Position numbers and translations under genes: made by a program
Assembly: GCA_964466465.1 (NCBI GenBank)
Contig: CAYXNJ010000003.1
Span: forward strand, 960 to 64,959
Reading direction: 5' to 3'
Length of the DNA: 64,000 nucleotides
DNA from: an uncultured Sulfurospirillum sp.
GTDB taxonomy: Bacteria > Campylobacterota > Campylobacteria > Campylobacterales > Sulfurospirillaceae
Shown: positions 29,872 to 40,453 of the stretch, one piece after another
How positions within the stretch are numbered: position 1 is the first letter of the stretch
Layout: each line of letters starts with the position of its first letter
Notes under the pieces: model-generated
Seen by the model: the letters and a program-made list of their open reading frames with translations, nothing else
The model's database searches: none
Told to the model about the DNA's origin: nothing

Positions 29872-31176
29872 TTAAAGTGTTGAAACTTTGTATTTTCTAT
29901 GGAAACTTCGGATGGTATTGACTGAGATGATGTTAATGACAAGGGTCACAACAAAAAGAACAAAACCCAGTGCAAACGCTGAGAGGGTCAACGGGTTGTT
30001 AAACTCTTGATCACCTGTGAGTGACTCTACGATTTTAACGGTTACGGTCGTCATATCTTCAAGAGGATTCCATGTCAAGTTTGGTCTAAGACCCGCTGCC
30101 ATAACAACGATCATCGTCTCACCAAGAGCACGAGAAACCGCCAATAAAATAGAAGCAATGATACCTGGCATCGCAGAAGGTAGAACAACAAACCGAATCG
30201 TTTCTGCTTTGTTCATACCTAAAGCATACGCACCATTACGCATATTTTGAGGCACAGAGCTGATGACATCATCGGAGAGTGAAGAGATAAAAGGAATAAT
30301 CATAACCCCCATGATGATACCGCACGAAAGGGCATTTTGGTACTGTGCTTCAATGCCAAAGAGTGCAAAAAACTTGACAATCGCAGGCGCAATGGTCAAA
30401 GCGGCAAAGAAGCCATACACCACCGTTGGAATGCCTGCTAAGATCTCTAAAAAAGGCTTCACTTGAGCCCTAAGTTTGGGCGTTGCGTACTCTGACATAA
30501 AAATAGCCGACATCAACCCGATGGGTACTGCTAAGATCATCGCCATAATGGTGATGTAAAATGTTCCTGCAAAGATAGGCACCGCACCAAATTTGGCTTG
30601 AGCACTCGCAGCGTCAGAACGTCCAGCACCTTCTAAGAAAGCCGTGTCAGGTGACCACTCGGTTCCAAAAAGAAAGTAGCTTACACTTTGGGTTTGAAAG
30701 AAATGCAGTGCTTCAAAAATGATGGAGAGCAAAATGCCAAATGTGGTCATCACTGAAATCAACGAAGCAAATAACAACATTCCTTTGATGAAATTCTCCA
30801 CACCATCGCGCGCTCTGGTTTTTGCTTCTACTTGTCTAAAAAAGATCCATAATGCAATAGCCCCTGCACTCAAAGCACCTGCTACAAGCACAAAAGGAGG
30901 AATGGCATTGATGCCAAAAAGATATAAAAATACTCCCACAAACCCTATCGTGATGATAGGAAGCCCTGTGTAAAGTGCGACAAACCAACCGTATTGGTCG
31001 GGTTGAGAGTGCATTTTAATACCTTTAGAGCGAATCGTGACAGCACGTGCTTTACCGATGATATAGCCTATAAACATCAGTGGAACAAGACCACCAAAAA
31101 AGATAAGATAGAGAGTTTGAGTGCTCACCAGAGTCCTTTGAATTAAAAGTGCAAGAGGCAAGTGCCTCTTGCTCAT
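29872..31176 (-). CDS. pstC: Phosphate ABC transporter permease
   Basis: LAGIPTVVYG and SRALGETM motifs. Confidence 0.95.
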   Translation of the reverse strand: MSKRHLPLALLIQRTLVSTQTLYLIFFGGLVPLMFIGYIIGKARAVTIRSKGIKMHSQPDQYGWFVALYTGLPIITIGFVGVFLYLFGINAIPPFVLVAGALSAGAIALWIFFRQVEAKTRARDGVENFIKGMLLFASLISVMTTFGILLSIIFEALHFFQTQSVSYFLFGTEWSPDTAFLEGAGRSDAASAQAKFGAVPIFAGTFYITIMAMILAVPIGLMSAIFMSEYATPKLRAQVKPFLEILAGIPTVVYGFFAALTIAPAIVKFFALFGIEAQYQNALSCGIIMGVMIIPFISSLSDDVISSVPQNMRNGAYALGMNKAETIRFVVLPSAMPGIIASILLAVSRALGETMIVVMAAGLRPNLTWNPLEDMTTVTVKIVESLTGDQEFNNPLTLSAFALGFVLFVVTLVINIISVNTIRSFHRKYKVSTL

Positions 31177-31190
31177 GTTACACGTAACGC

Positions 31191-32231
31191 TTAAGGTAAG
31201 ATGGTATGTTTCTTAACCATCTCATCGGTCAATTTGGTTTTAGCCAAAACAGCCGCTTGTACTTTTTTAAGATCTTCACTTGTCATAGGAACCAAACCGA
31301 TGGTTTTTAGAACACCTTTTTGACCTACCATTTTGTCATCTACATAAAGTTTAAAGAACTCATCCATGCCCTTCACTTCAGCTCTGTGAGCATTTTTAGC
31401 GTAGATGTAAAGGCTTCTTGAAATTGGGTATTTTCCACTTGAAATGTTCTCAGATGTACATGCGATACCATCGACTTGAGCACCATTGATTTTATCGCCA
31501 TTCTCTTCAAGGAAGCTGTATCCAAAGATACCAAATGCAGCCGTATCTTTTGTGAGTTTTTGAACGATTAAGTTGTCATTTTCACCCGCTGGTACAAAAA
31601 CACCGTCTTGACGGATTGCTTTGTACTTGCCTTTTTTGTCACCATACGCATCGAATTTTTTAGAAGCTGTTTCCATCACCATCTCATCAAAAGAGTCTCT
31701 TGTTCCTGATGTGGTTGGAGGACCGTAAACGGTGATTTTTCTATTGGGGAGTTTTGCGTCAATTTCATTCCATGTTTTGTACGGGTTTTTAATCAGTGAT
31801 TTGCCATCTTTACTTGGCACTTCTTCAGCAAGCGCTAAAAAGAGTTGTTCTTTGCTGAGTGCAATTTCGCCATTGCTTTTAGACTGAGCAACCGCGATAC
31901 CATCAAAACCGACCATCATACCAGTGATGTCAGTCACACCGTTTTTAACACATGTTTCAAACTCTTCCGCTTTAATAGGACGAGAAGCATTGGTAAAATC
32001 AGGAGTATCAAGGCCAGCACCTGCACAGAAAAGCTTCATACCGCCACCTGTTCCTGTTGATTCAACGACAGGGGTTTTATTGCCAGTTACTGCTTTAAAC
32101 TCTTCTGCAACATAACTTGTAAAAGGATAGACGGTTGAAGATCCAACAATTTTGATCTGATCTCTAGCAGCCGCAGTCGAACACAAAGCGGCAACACTTA
32201 AAAGCGACAGGGCGCATGTTTTGATAGTCAT
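31191..32231 (-). CDS. pstS: Phosphate-binding periplasmic protein
   Basis: IVGSSTVYP, STGTGGG, SGTRDSF and YPISRSLY motifs. Confidence 0.95.
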   Translation of the reverse strand: MTIKTCALSLLSVAALCSTAAARDQIKIVGSSTVYPFTSYVAEEFKAVTGNKTPVVESTGTGGGMKLFCAGAGLDTPDFTNASRPIKAEEFETCVKNGVTDITGMMVGFDGIAVAQSKSNGEIALSKEQLFLALAEEVPSKDGKSLIKNPYKTWNEIDAKLPNRKITVYGPPTTSGTRDSFDEMVMETASKKFDAYGDKKGKYKAIRQDGVFVPAGENDNLIVQKLTKDTAAFGIFGYSFLEENGDKINGAQVDGIACTSENISSGKYPISRSLYIYAKNAHRAEVKGMDEFFKLYVDDKMVGQKGVLKTIGLVPMTSEDLKKVQAAVLAKTKLTDEMVKKHTILP

Positions 32232-32264
32232 TTGAACACTCCATTTCTAAAATTTGGTAGTGTC

Positions 32265-32297
32265 ATTGTAAAAGAATTTGATTACAACTTGGTTACA
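32265..32297 (-). promoter_or_regulatory. Pho-box promoter of pstS
   Basis: TGTAAC-caagt-TGTAAT-N10-TACAAT. Confidence 0.75.
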
Positions 32298-32403
32298 TCT
32301 CTTGTCGTAGATCACAGCAATATTTAGCATTGCCTGCTATAATGCCGCTATTGTTGCTCGATATAATAGCATCTACGATTTACTAGAATTACAAGGATTT
32401 TTC

Positions 32404-34005
32404 ATGTTACAAACGATTCGCGCGAAACTCTTCTTTTTAATGGTCGTTGTTCTTTTTGGAACTGTCACTCTTAGCTATTTGCTGATTTCCAATGCAAATC
32501 GTGCTGAAAAAGCAACCGATAAAATTCAAACCACCGGTGAGATTTCAAAGCATTTCACAGAACTTCTTGCACATGCAAGAGGCTATCAGCTCTTTGCTAA
32601 CCAAAACTCTCTTGATGCCTACACTAAGGCCTATAAAGATTTAACAGAGCATCTTGATGAGCTTAAAGGTTTGCTTGAAAATAAAGACAACCTTTCACTA
32701 CTTGCACAAATTACGGATGAACTTAAAGCACATCGCGCAACCAATGATCATCGTTTTGAACTTGTTAAAAAATATACCACTACTATCAATTCACCTGAGT
32801 TTCTTTCCTCCGCTGATGGGAAAAATTTTCTACAAATCACTGACGAACTGAGAACGCAATACGCTTCAATCCAAACAAAAATAGAAAAGCTTTCCAATAC
32901 CATTATGGACTATGAAGATGCTCAAGTAGAGAGAGCTCGCATGATTGGTATTATTATGGCACTGCTCGTATCAGGTGGTGCATGTTTTCTTTTCTGGTTT
33001 ATTGCAAGTAAAATCAAATATTCCATTCAAAAAGCATCAGACGAGTGTGCTTACATCGGTCAGCATAAGGACCTTCATCATACCATCGACACCGTTGGCA
33101 ATGATGAAATCGCACATATGATGCAAACGGTCAATACCCTTCTCTCACAGCTACGCCATGCTATTGATGATGCCAAACGCACCGCACTTGAAAATGCTGC
33201 TGTTGCCGAAGAGCTTTCATCCACCTCACTTCAAATTGGCAAACGTACCGAAGATGCAGCAAAAGAGGTCGATGAAACCGTTCATGCCACACAAGCGGTT
33301 GCATCCATCCTTAAAACCAGTGAAGAGAGTTCACAACACTCAGGAAAAGTCATTGAACACGTAGCCGATGAGCTTGGAAACGCTTCTAAAGAGGTGCTTG
33401 CTGTCTCTTCTGATCTTCAAAATATCGTTGTGAGCCAAACGGATTTATCAAGCCGTCTTGAACACCTCGATAGTGAAGTCACACAAGTTCAACAAGTCCT
33501 TGGTGTTATCTCTGACATTGCAGAACAAACCAACCTTCTTGCCCTTAATGCAGCCATTGAAGCAGCACGCGCAGGAGAACATGGACGCGGTTTTGCGGTC
33601 GTTGCCGATGAAGTACGAAAATTGGCTGAGCGTACACAAAAAAGTCTTGTTGAGAGTAACGCAACCGTTGCTGTCATCGTTCAATCGGTCAATACCGCAA
33701 CTGAAATTATGAAAAGAAGCGCTGAAGAGATCCAAGAACTAGGACATCGTGCTGAAAATACGCAAACATTGATGATTAGAACAGTAGAAACCATGAATGA
33801 AGCAAAAACGTTAGCGCTTCATACCGTCAAAGATGCCCAAGCAGGTAGTGTCAAAGCCGATGAAGTGCTAAATCGCATCCATAATATTCATCAACTCTCT
33901 ACAACCAATGCCAGAAGTGTCGAAGAAATAGCAAGTGCAGCAGAGCATCTCTCTAAACTCTCTGACAACCTTAGCCATGCACTTGCCACCTTTAAAACAG
34001 CCTAA
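32404..34005 (+). CDS. Methyl-accepting chemotaxis protein
   Basis: Two TM helices, periplasmic helical domain, [42 protein letters not shown]. Confidence 0.95.
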   Translation: MLQTIRAKLFFLMVVVLFGTVTLSYLLISNANRAEKATDKIQTTGEISKHFTELLAHARGYQLFANQNSLDAYTKAYKDLTEHLDELKGLLENKDNLSLLAQITDELKAHRATNDHRFELVKKYTTTINSPEFLSSADGKNFLQITDELRTQYASIQTKIEKLSNTIMDYEDAQVERARMIGIIMALLVSGGACFLFWFIASKIKYSIQKASDECAYIGQHKDLHHTIDTVGNDEIAHMMQTVNTLLSQLRHAIDDAKRTALENAAVAEELSSTSLQIGKRTEDAAKEVDETVHATQAVASILKTSEESSQHSGKVIEHVADELGNASKEVLAVSSDLQNIVVSQTDLSSRLEHLDSEVTQVQQVLGVISDIAEQTNLLALNAAIEAARAGEHGRGFAVVADEVRKLAERTQKSLVESNATVAVIVQSVNTATEIMKRSAEEIQELGHRAENTQTLMIRTVETMNEAKTLALHTVKDAQAGSVKADEVLNRIHNIHQLSTTNARSVEEIASAAEHLSKLSDNLSHALATFKTA

Positions 34006-34014
34006 GGAATGCGT

Positions 34015-34800
34015 ATGATGGAGCGTATGCCAAGCCTCTTTTTGGGGCATGGCTCACCCATGAATCTTGTGTTAGAAAACAGCTTCACCGAAGGTCTTGA
34101 AGCACTTTCACGTGAGCTTCCAACCCCTAAAGCCATTCTTGTCATCTCAGCACATTGGTACACCAACCAAACGGCTGTCAGTATGAGTTCTGGCATTGCG
34201 TATGAAACGGTGTATGACTTTTATGGCTTCCCCCCTTCTTTGTATGAGCTAAGCTACAAATCACCGAGCAATAACACCCTCTCCAAGCGTATCGCAACGC
34301 TTTTAGATGCTCCTTTAATTGAGCGAGGGCTAGATCATGGTGCATGGATGCCTTTGTATTATCTTTTTCCTAAAGCGAGTATCCCCATCATTCAACTGAG
34401 CATCAATAAAAACCTACCATTGATCGCACATGTTAAACTGGGCGAGCAACTCCAAGTGCTACGCGATGAGGGCATTATGATCATCGGAAGTGGCAATATA
34501 ACGCACAATTTAGGTATGGTCGATTTTTACAATATCAACGCACCTGCTGTGGAATGGGCACAAAATGTAGATACCTTTATTGATAAAGCGTTTAGAACAA
34601 ACGATATCGAAAGCCTTATACGCATTGAAGAGCGATGCCCTGATTTTAAAACAGCACACCCTTCATTAGACCACTATGTACCACTCCTCTACATTGCGGG
34701 GACACGTCATGTAAACGATGATCTCACCAGTATCACCCCTCTTTTTCAAAATGCTAGCCTTTCTATGCGAGGATTTATGCTTCAAAGCAAAACCAGCTAA
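34015..34800 (+). CDS. DODA/LigB-type extradiol dioxygenase (YgiD-like)
   Basis: FLGHGSPM, ISAHW, YDFYGFP, RGLDHG and HP..DHYVPL motifs. Confidence 0.88.
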   Translation: MMERMPSLFLGHGSPMNLVLENSFTEGLEALSRELPTPKAILVISAHWYTNQTAVSMSSGIAYETVYDFYGFPPSLYELSYKSPSNNTLSKRIATLLDAPLIERGLDHGAWMPLYYLFPKASIPIIQLSINKNLPLIAHVKLGEQLQVLRDEGIMIIGSGNITHNLGMVDFYNINAPAVEWAQNVDTFIDKAFRTNDIESLIRIEERCPDFKTAHPSLDHYVPLLYIAGTRHVNDDLTSITPLFQNASLSMRGFMLQSKTS

Positions 34801-34910
34801 ACGTATAAAAAAGTACGTTTAAACTCTACTTATCTCACACTAAATATCACGCATGACAACTACAATTTGTGTTTAATATAAAATTAAATACAAATTGTAA
34901 GGAATATTTT

Positions 34911-36515
34911 ATGTTTAAGACAATCCGCTCCAAACTTGTGATGTTGTTTCTCATCATTTTAATGGGAACCATCTGTTTAAGTTACCTTCTTATTTCCAAT
35001 ACATCAAGCGCTGAAGTGGCTGTGCGAAAAGTTCAGGTGATTGAGAAAATCACACGTGATACGGCTGAGCTGTTGATGCAATCTCGTGGGTATCAAATTA
35101 CTTTTGTGCCTATGTTTATGGAGAAGTCCATCGAAGCGGAGCGAACCCTTGAAAAACACCTTATAGAATTGCAACCTTTACTGACCAGCGAACGCGACAT
35201 TGCTCTTTTTAAAGAGATTAAAGTAGGTGTTGACGCCTTTGCCGAATCAACCTTGCCTCGTTTTGAGCTTCTCACAAAATACAAAAAAGCCACCGATACA
35301 CCAGAGTTTTTAGCAACAGCAGATGGAAAAAGGTTTACAGAGTTGACCAACAAAGGACGCGATGGCTTTATCATCATCTCCAAAAAAGCAGATGAGCTTT
35401 CCAAAGCCATTGAAGAAGAAGAAAAAGCATCGTTAGCCAAAGCCCGAAAATTGGGCATTACTCTTGCTCTAGTTGTTCTCATCATCACCAATCTCTTTTT
35501 CTGGTATGTGGCATCGAACATTAAGAAATCATTAGAAATAGCCACCAAAGAGTGTCAATACATTGGCGCAACCAAAGATCTTATGCACACCATAGAGACT
35601 CATGGTGATGATGAAATTGCGACCATGATGCAAACGGTCAACGCCCTGCTCTCTCAAATCAGCCATGCCATTGACGATGCTAAACGTACTGCTACAGAAA
35701 ATGCAGCAGTTGCTGAGGAGCTTTCTTCTACCTCTATGCAAATAGGAAAACGCACCGAAGAGACCGATCAAGAGGTTGATCATGCGGTCAGTACGACCAA
35801 AAGGGTTGCGGGCATTTTACATGACAGCGAAGAGAATGCTGGACGCGCAGGCAGCGTAATGCAAAACGTGGCAAATGAACTTAACAATGCTTCATCCGAA
35901 GTCCTTGCGGTCTCTTCTGACCTTCAAAGTGTCGTCGTTAACCAAACCGATCTTTCAGCGCGTTTAGAACAACTTAACCAAGAAGTCACGCAAGTACAAC
36001 AAGTCCTCTCTGTCATTGCAGATATCGCAGAACAGACCAATCTTTTGGCACTCAATGCCGCCATTGAAGCAGCACGTGCAGGAGAGCATGGACGCGGTTT
36101 TGCCGTGGTTGCCGATGAAGTACGCAAGCTTGCTGAACGTACCCAAAAAAGCCTTGTGGAGAGCAACTCCACCGTAGCCGTCATCACCCAGTCAGTTGCG
36201 ACCTCATCCGAACTTATGAAGAAAAATGCGGCAGAGATTCAATCCCTTGGAAACAGAGCAGAAAATACCCAACAACTCATGCTTAAAACCGTTGAAAACA
36301 TGAACGAAACTGCCAGTATTGCGCAGGGTGCGGCAAAAGAAGCCAAACATGGAAGCATCGAAGCCAATGCAATGTTAGAGAGAGTCAATACCATTCATAA
36401 ACTCACCTCTACGAATGCCAGAAGTGTCGAAGAGATCGCCAGTGCAGCAGAACACCTCGCTAAACTCTCTACCAATCTTAGCAACGCCCTCTCTGTCTTT
36501 AAAACAACAGCATAA
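34911..36515 (+). CDS. Methyl-accepting chemotaxis protein (paralog of 32404-34005)
   Basis: Same architecture as the first MCP; homologous periplasmic domain (SRGYQ, PEFL..ADGK). Confidence 0.95.
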   Translation: MFKTIRSKLVMLFLIILMGTICLSYLLISNTSSAEVAVRKVQVIEKITRDTAELLMQSRGYQITFVPMFMEKSIEAERTLEKHLIELQPLLTSERDIALFKEIKVGVDAFAESTLPRFELLTKYKKATDTPEFLATADGKRFTELTNKGRDGFIIISKKADELSKAIEEEEKASLAKARKLGITLALVVLIITNLFFWYVASNIKKSLEIATKECQYIGATKDLMHTIETHGDDEIATMMQTVNALLSQISHAIDDAKRTATENAAVAEELSSTSMQIGKRTEETDQEVDHAVSTTKRVAGILHDSEENAGRAGSVMQNVANELNNASSEVLAVSSDLQSVVVNQTDLSARLEQLNQEVTQVQQVLSVIADIAEQTNLLALNAAIEAARAGEHGRGFAVVADEVRKLAERTQKSLVESNSTVAVITQSVATSSELMKKNAAEIQSLGNRAENTQQLMLKTVENMNETASIAQGAAKEAKHGSIEANAMLERVNTIHKLTSTNARSVEEIASAAEHLAKLSTNLSNALSVFKTTA

Positions 36516-36523
36516 ATCACTAC

Positions 36524-36550
36524 AGCTAAGCCCTATTTTAGGGCTTAGCT
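36524..36550. terminator. Bidirectional hairpin
   Basis: AGCTAAGCCCTA-ttt-TAGGGCTTAGCT between convergent genes. Confidence 0.7.
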
Positions 36551-36588
36551 TAATTTCTTACCTTTTATCAAATGATTTAACTCTTCTT

Positions 36589-37809
36589 TTACGCTTTTAA
36601 TGCCTTTTTAAAAAAATCTACCGCTTCTAAAAGGTGCGTTTTTGTTTCACTCTCTGGCATGTTATGTAACCATATATTTATTTCATTCCAACCCCAGTTA
36701 TATGTAACACCTTGATATTTACTCATCCATGCTTTTTTGGAGAGAGCATATGCACTGTTAAAGGCAATACCTTGAAGGATTTTGAGCATCTCATAAATCA
36801 TCATTGCTTCTTTATTTTCATAGCAAAATTCTAAAAATTTGTTTTCATCCTTAAAAGGTTGATTGAGTATTAACTGAAGTTCAAATAAGTTCGTATAAGC
36901 AGCATTTTTTTGAGGATTAATCTCAATGGCTTTTTGATATGCAACTATCGCTTCTGCGTACTTCTCTTGATTAGCATACAAAATCCCTATATTGAAATAT
37001 GCTTCATCTTTTTTTGGATTAATCTCAATGGCTTTTTGATACGCGACTAAAGCGTCCTTATAGTTTTTTTGTTCATCATACACATACCCCATATTATAAT
37101 ACGCTGAATCATTATTAGGATTAATCTCAATGGCTTTTTGATACGCGACTAAAGCGTTTTCATACTTTTTTTGTTTAGTATATGTGTTCCCTATATTGTA
37201 ATATGTTGCATCATTATGAGGATAAATCGCCAGTGATTTTTGATACGCTTCAATTGCCTTATCATACTCTTTAGCGGAAGAATGGCTAAGTCCTTGCATA
37301 AATAGCTCTTCTGCTTTGGACTGGCTTTTAATCCCTTCTTTTGCGGTTTCAACAGCCTTTGCTATCTTCTCTTGAGCTTCTTTCTCAAGCTTATCGATGA
37401 TGCTTTGAAGTGTTGTTTGAGCTTCTTTGTTTATCCATTCTTCAGTCTCTTTTTTTGCCGCTTCTCTAGCTTCTTCTTTGGCTTTTGATTTAACACTCAA
37501 ATATGATACAAAGCTAAAACCTACTAACAAAACAGTAACTAAACCACCTAAGATGGTCGCAAGGACTCCAAATCTATCAACACCACCACTTATAATGTCC
37601 ACACGACTATTCGCATCTTCCAGTCTGTATTTCAAACTTTCGATGCCTTGTTCGCTTTTTTTGGCTTCATCCACATCTTTTTTTAGCTCATCGATGGTTT
37701 TTTGAAGTTGTTCTATTTTGTAGTTGAGTAGCTCGGTATTTGGCGTTTCTTGTTGTGCGCCAAACACACAAGAGGCAAGAAGTAACACCATAAACATCGT
37801 TTTTTTCAT
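36589..37809 (-). CDS. Membrane-anchored TPR-repeat protein
   Basis: Signal peptide, coiled coil, TM helix, coiled coil, then about four to five 34-aa TPRs (AYQKAIEINP). Confidence 0.85.
   Translation of the reverse strand: MKKTMFMVLLLASCVFGAQQETPNTELLNYKIEQLQKTIDELKKDVDEAKKSEQGIESLKYRLEDANSRVDIISGGVDRFGVLATILGGLVTVLLVGFSFVSYLSVKSKAKEEAREAAKKETEEWINKEAQTTLQSIIDKLEKEAQEKIAKAVETAKEGIKSQSKAEELFMQGLSHSSAKEYDKAIEAYQKSLAIYPHNDATYYNIGNTYTKQKKYENALVAYQKAIEINPNNDSAYYNMGYVYDEQKNYKDALVAYQKAIEINPKKDEAYFNIGILYANQEKYAEAIVAYQKAIEINPQKNAAYTNLFELQLILNQPFKDENKFLEFCYENKEAMMIYEMLKILQGIAFNSAYALSKKAWMSKYQGVTYNWGWNEINIWLHNMPESETKTHLLEAVDFFKKALKA
36914..37245. repeat. 102-bp-period intragenic repeat (TPR units)
   Basis: GGATTAATCTCAATGGCTTTTTGATA identical at 36914, 37016 and 37118; diverged copy at 37220. 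Confidence 0.9.
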
Positions 37810-37928
37810 CTCACACTCCCTAAAGCGGATACATAAATCTGCAAATGATAATACTCATTGTACCAAAATACGATTGGTTTGTCAGGGAAAGATGAAGGGC
37901 ATATTATTGCCCTTCTTAGAAGTAGAGG

Positions 37929-39644
37929 CTAAGAGGCTTTGATATACCGTGCCTTTTTCGCCTCTTTGATTTTGGTGATGTCCACTAAAATGAAACTATC
38001 GACACAGTTCGCAAAATCTTTGTCGATGTTGAAGTCTAAAAAGCAAATGCCTCCCTCTTCGCACAGCTCAGTGTATTGTTTATACAGTGTTGGCACGCTC
38101 AGATCCATATGAGAAAGCTGCTCTTTAAGCACCGCAAAGTCCTCTTTATAGTCCTCTCCTTTGAAAAATGCCTGTGCTTCTTCTTTTTCAACCTTACTCA
38201 TAAAAAAGCCATTACGAGCACTCACCAACGCTTTGGGCGATGTAAAATAGAGCGAATAAAAGGTGATGATCAGATTTTTAGCGATCTTTGGATACACATC
38301 ACTGAGACTTACAGGCCCGTACATGTAACGAATATGCGGGTTTTTAAACAGATACGCCCCGATGCCCTGCCAGAGATAATCCAGCGCCCTTGTACCCCAA
38401 TAACGCGGCTGCACAAAGCTACGCCCTAACTCAATGGAGTTATGCAAGTACGGTGTAAACTCTGGAGTAAACTCAAATAAGGTTTGAGAGTAAAACCCTT
38501 CCACCCCAAAATACTCACTGATATAATTGGCTTCTCCGATGCGGTATGCTCCCACCACTTCAAGCTCTTCATCGTCCCAAAGCACGATGTGTTTATAGTG
38601 TTTATCAAAGGCATCCACATCTCTTTTAGAGCCTGTTCCCTCTTCGACTTTACGAAACGTAAACTCACGCAAGCGCCCTATCTCTTTCATCAAAATAGAA
38701 CCCGCCTCATACTCATAAAGATAGATCTTTTTGCCATCGCTGGTTTGTCCTAAAAGCGTTGATTTTTTGAGCTCTGCTCGTATGGCTTTACGCTCTTCGG
38801 GGTGTGCTATCGCCTTTTGGGTTGCAAAGATGCCCTTCTTGCCTCGACTGATTTTATAGAGATGCTTTTTAAGAAGATTAATCAGTGTTGTGTCGCCAAA
38901 ACCTGAATTTTGAAGCGTTTTATAGGTAATCATCTCGCCGATTTTAAAGCTAATGACTTTTGAGCGCTTCTTAAACATCTCACGCGCAAGCAAGAAGGTC
39001 GAGAGCTTTTTATTGATCATCGAAAGCGTGTAAAAAATGGGTGAATTTTTCGCATCAATGAAAACAGGTAACAGAGGCGAGTTGCTCTTTTGGGCAAACT
39101 TCAAAAAACCCTTTTTCCACTTCGCATCTTTGATGCCTGTAGGATGGGCACGAGAGACTTCACCAGAGGGAAAGACAATGAGCGCTTCATCATTTTCCAG
39201 CGCATCATACACCTTTTTGATGGACTCTTTGGCGGTTGTGCCACTCAGGTTGTCAATGGGAATTAAAATGTTGCTCAGTGGTTCTATCTGCATCAAAACA
39301 TCATTGGCTAAGACTTTCACATCGCTTCGTATCTCTTTGATGAGTGAGATCAGTGCTAACGCATCGAGTGCTCCTAAAGGGTGGTTTGCGATGATGATAA
39401 CGCGCCCAGAGGAAGGGATGTTGGCTTTATCTTTATTGGAAACGGTGTAGCCAAAGTTAAAATACTCCAACACCGCTTCCACAAAATCAAACCCTTTATA
39501 CGCCTCGCCATGGGTTAAAAAATCGTTTATCTCCTCTTGGTGCAGTAACTTTTTGAGAAGATACACAACGAAATTTCTCACCATACTTGGATAATAGGCA
39601 ATAGTGGGGTACTTGAGGCTTAACGTTTTTTCGACATCGACCAT
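37929..39644 (-). CDS. PlsC-type acyltransferase + GNAT (Acetyltransf_5) fusion; OlsF-like ornithine lipid synthase
   Basis: NHPLGALD (HX4D) and FPSGEVS in the N-half; EIGRLRE..F, VGAYR, ELGRSFV and LDYLWQGIG in the C-half; 571 aa. Confidence 0.75.
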   Translation of the reverse strand: MVDVEKTLSLKYPTIAYYPSMVRNFVVYLLKKLLHQEEINDFLTHGEAYKGFDFVEAVLEYFNFGYTVSNKDKANIPSSGRVIIIANHPLGALDALALISLIKEIRSDVKVLANDVLMQIEPLSNILIPIDNLSGTTAKESIKKVYDALENDEALIVFPSGEVSRAHPTGIKDAKWKKGFLKFAQKSNSPLLPVFIDAKNSPIFYTLSMINKKLSTFLLAREMFKKRSKVISFKIGEMITYKTLQNSGFGDTTLINLLKKHLYKISRGKKGIFATQKAIAHPEERKAIRAELKKSTLLGQTSDGKKIYLYEYEAGSILMKEIGRLREFTFRKVEEGTGSKRDVDAFDKHYKHIVLWDDEELEVVGAYRIGEANYISEYFGVEGFYSQTLFEFTPEFTPYLHNSIELGRSFVQPRYWGTRALDYLWQGIGAYLFKNPHIRYMYGPVSLSDVYPKIAKNLIITFYSLYFTSPKALVSARNGFFMSKVEKEEAQAFFKGEDYKEDFAVLKEQLSHMDLSVPTLYKQYTELCEEGGICFLDFNIDKDFANCVDSFILVDITKIKEAKKARYIKAS

Positions 39645-39670
39645 GAGTGCTCCTTACTTTTTTTGGGTTG

Positions 39671-39703
39671 ATTATAAGCGGAGCTCATTACGATACGGTA
39701 ACG
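39671..39703 (-). promoter_or_regulatory. Pho-box promoter of the OlsF-like gene
   Basis: CGTTAC-cgtat-CGTAAT-N10-TATAAT. Confidence 0.7.
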
Positions 39704-39718
39704 CTTGAGGGGTTTTTA

Positions 39719-39751
39719 TGTTACCATATTGTAATGATTTCAAACTACAAT
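39719..39751 (+). promoter_or_regulatory. Pho-box promoter of phoU-phoB-phoR
   Basis: TGTTAC-catat-TGTAAT-N10-TACAAT. Confidence 0.75.
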
Positions 39752-39777
39752 GATACAAACTATTGTAAGGAAAATGT

Positions 39778-40446
39778 ATGCTTCAAAAATATGAAGAAAG
39801 ACTCATAGAAATCAAAAAAATGCTCGTTGATTTGGGTTCTGAGATCACAATGGCAAGTGAAAAAACCCTCAGTGGTATGGAGAGTTTGGACATTGCTCGT
39901 TTTGATTCAGCCAAAACCCTTCTTAAAAACATTGAAAATCAAGCCAATGCGATTGACAATGAAATTGTCGTTACACTCGCTCTTTTTGGTCCAGAAGCGA
40001 AAGACTTGCGCAAAATGGTGGCGTACCTTAAAATCACCAATGAACTGGTCAAAATCGCTGAAAATATCCGAAGCTTTAGTAAGCGTATGGCATTGCACCT
40101 TCAAGGCGATGTACCGTTTGTCTCGTTGCATGAGTACTCAACACATTTGTGCAAAACTGCTATCAAAGCCGTTACTTTAGCCATTAGTACCATTGAAGTC
40201 GCAGACCCTGAAACACTGGAAGATACGTATAGAAAAGTCAAAGTTGAAGAGAGCAAGAGTGATGATTTGTACTCTATTTTAGAGAAAAACATCCTCAGCG
40301 ACATTGCAAAGATGATCGACCAATCGGCTGATTTTATTCAGATTTTAAGTACCATGCGAAAATTAGAGCGCATGGCAGATCGTAGCGTTAACATCGTACA
40401 ATTGATGATCTTCGCGCGCATTGGCGGAGAGATGAAAACCTATTAG
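39778..40446 (+). CDS. phoU: Phosphate signalling protein PhoU
   Basis: Two PhoU repeats (IDNE...P.AKDLR; LERMADR..NI). Confidence 0.9.
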   Translation: MLQKYEERLIEIKKMLVDLGSEITMASEKTLSGMESLDIARFDSAKTLLKNIENQANAIDNEIVVTLALFGPEAKDLRKMVAYLKITNELVKIAENIRSFSKRMALHLQGDVPFVSLHEYSTHLCKTAIKAVTLAISTIEVADPETLEDTYRKVKVEESKSDDLYSILEKNILSDIAKMIDQSADFIQILSTMRKLERMADRSVNIVQLMIFARIGGEMKTY

Positions 40447-40453
40447 GAACCTA

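Noticed and set aside
36914-37245. Regularly spaced repeats as a CRISPR array
   Set aside because: The 102-bp in-frame period matches 34-aa TPR units, the intervening sequences are homologous coding DNA, and no cas genes are present.
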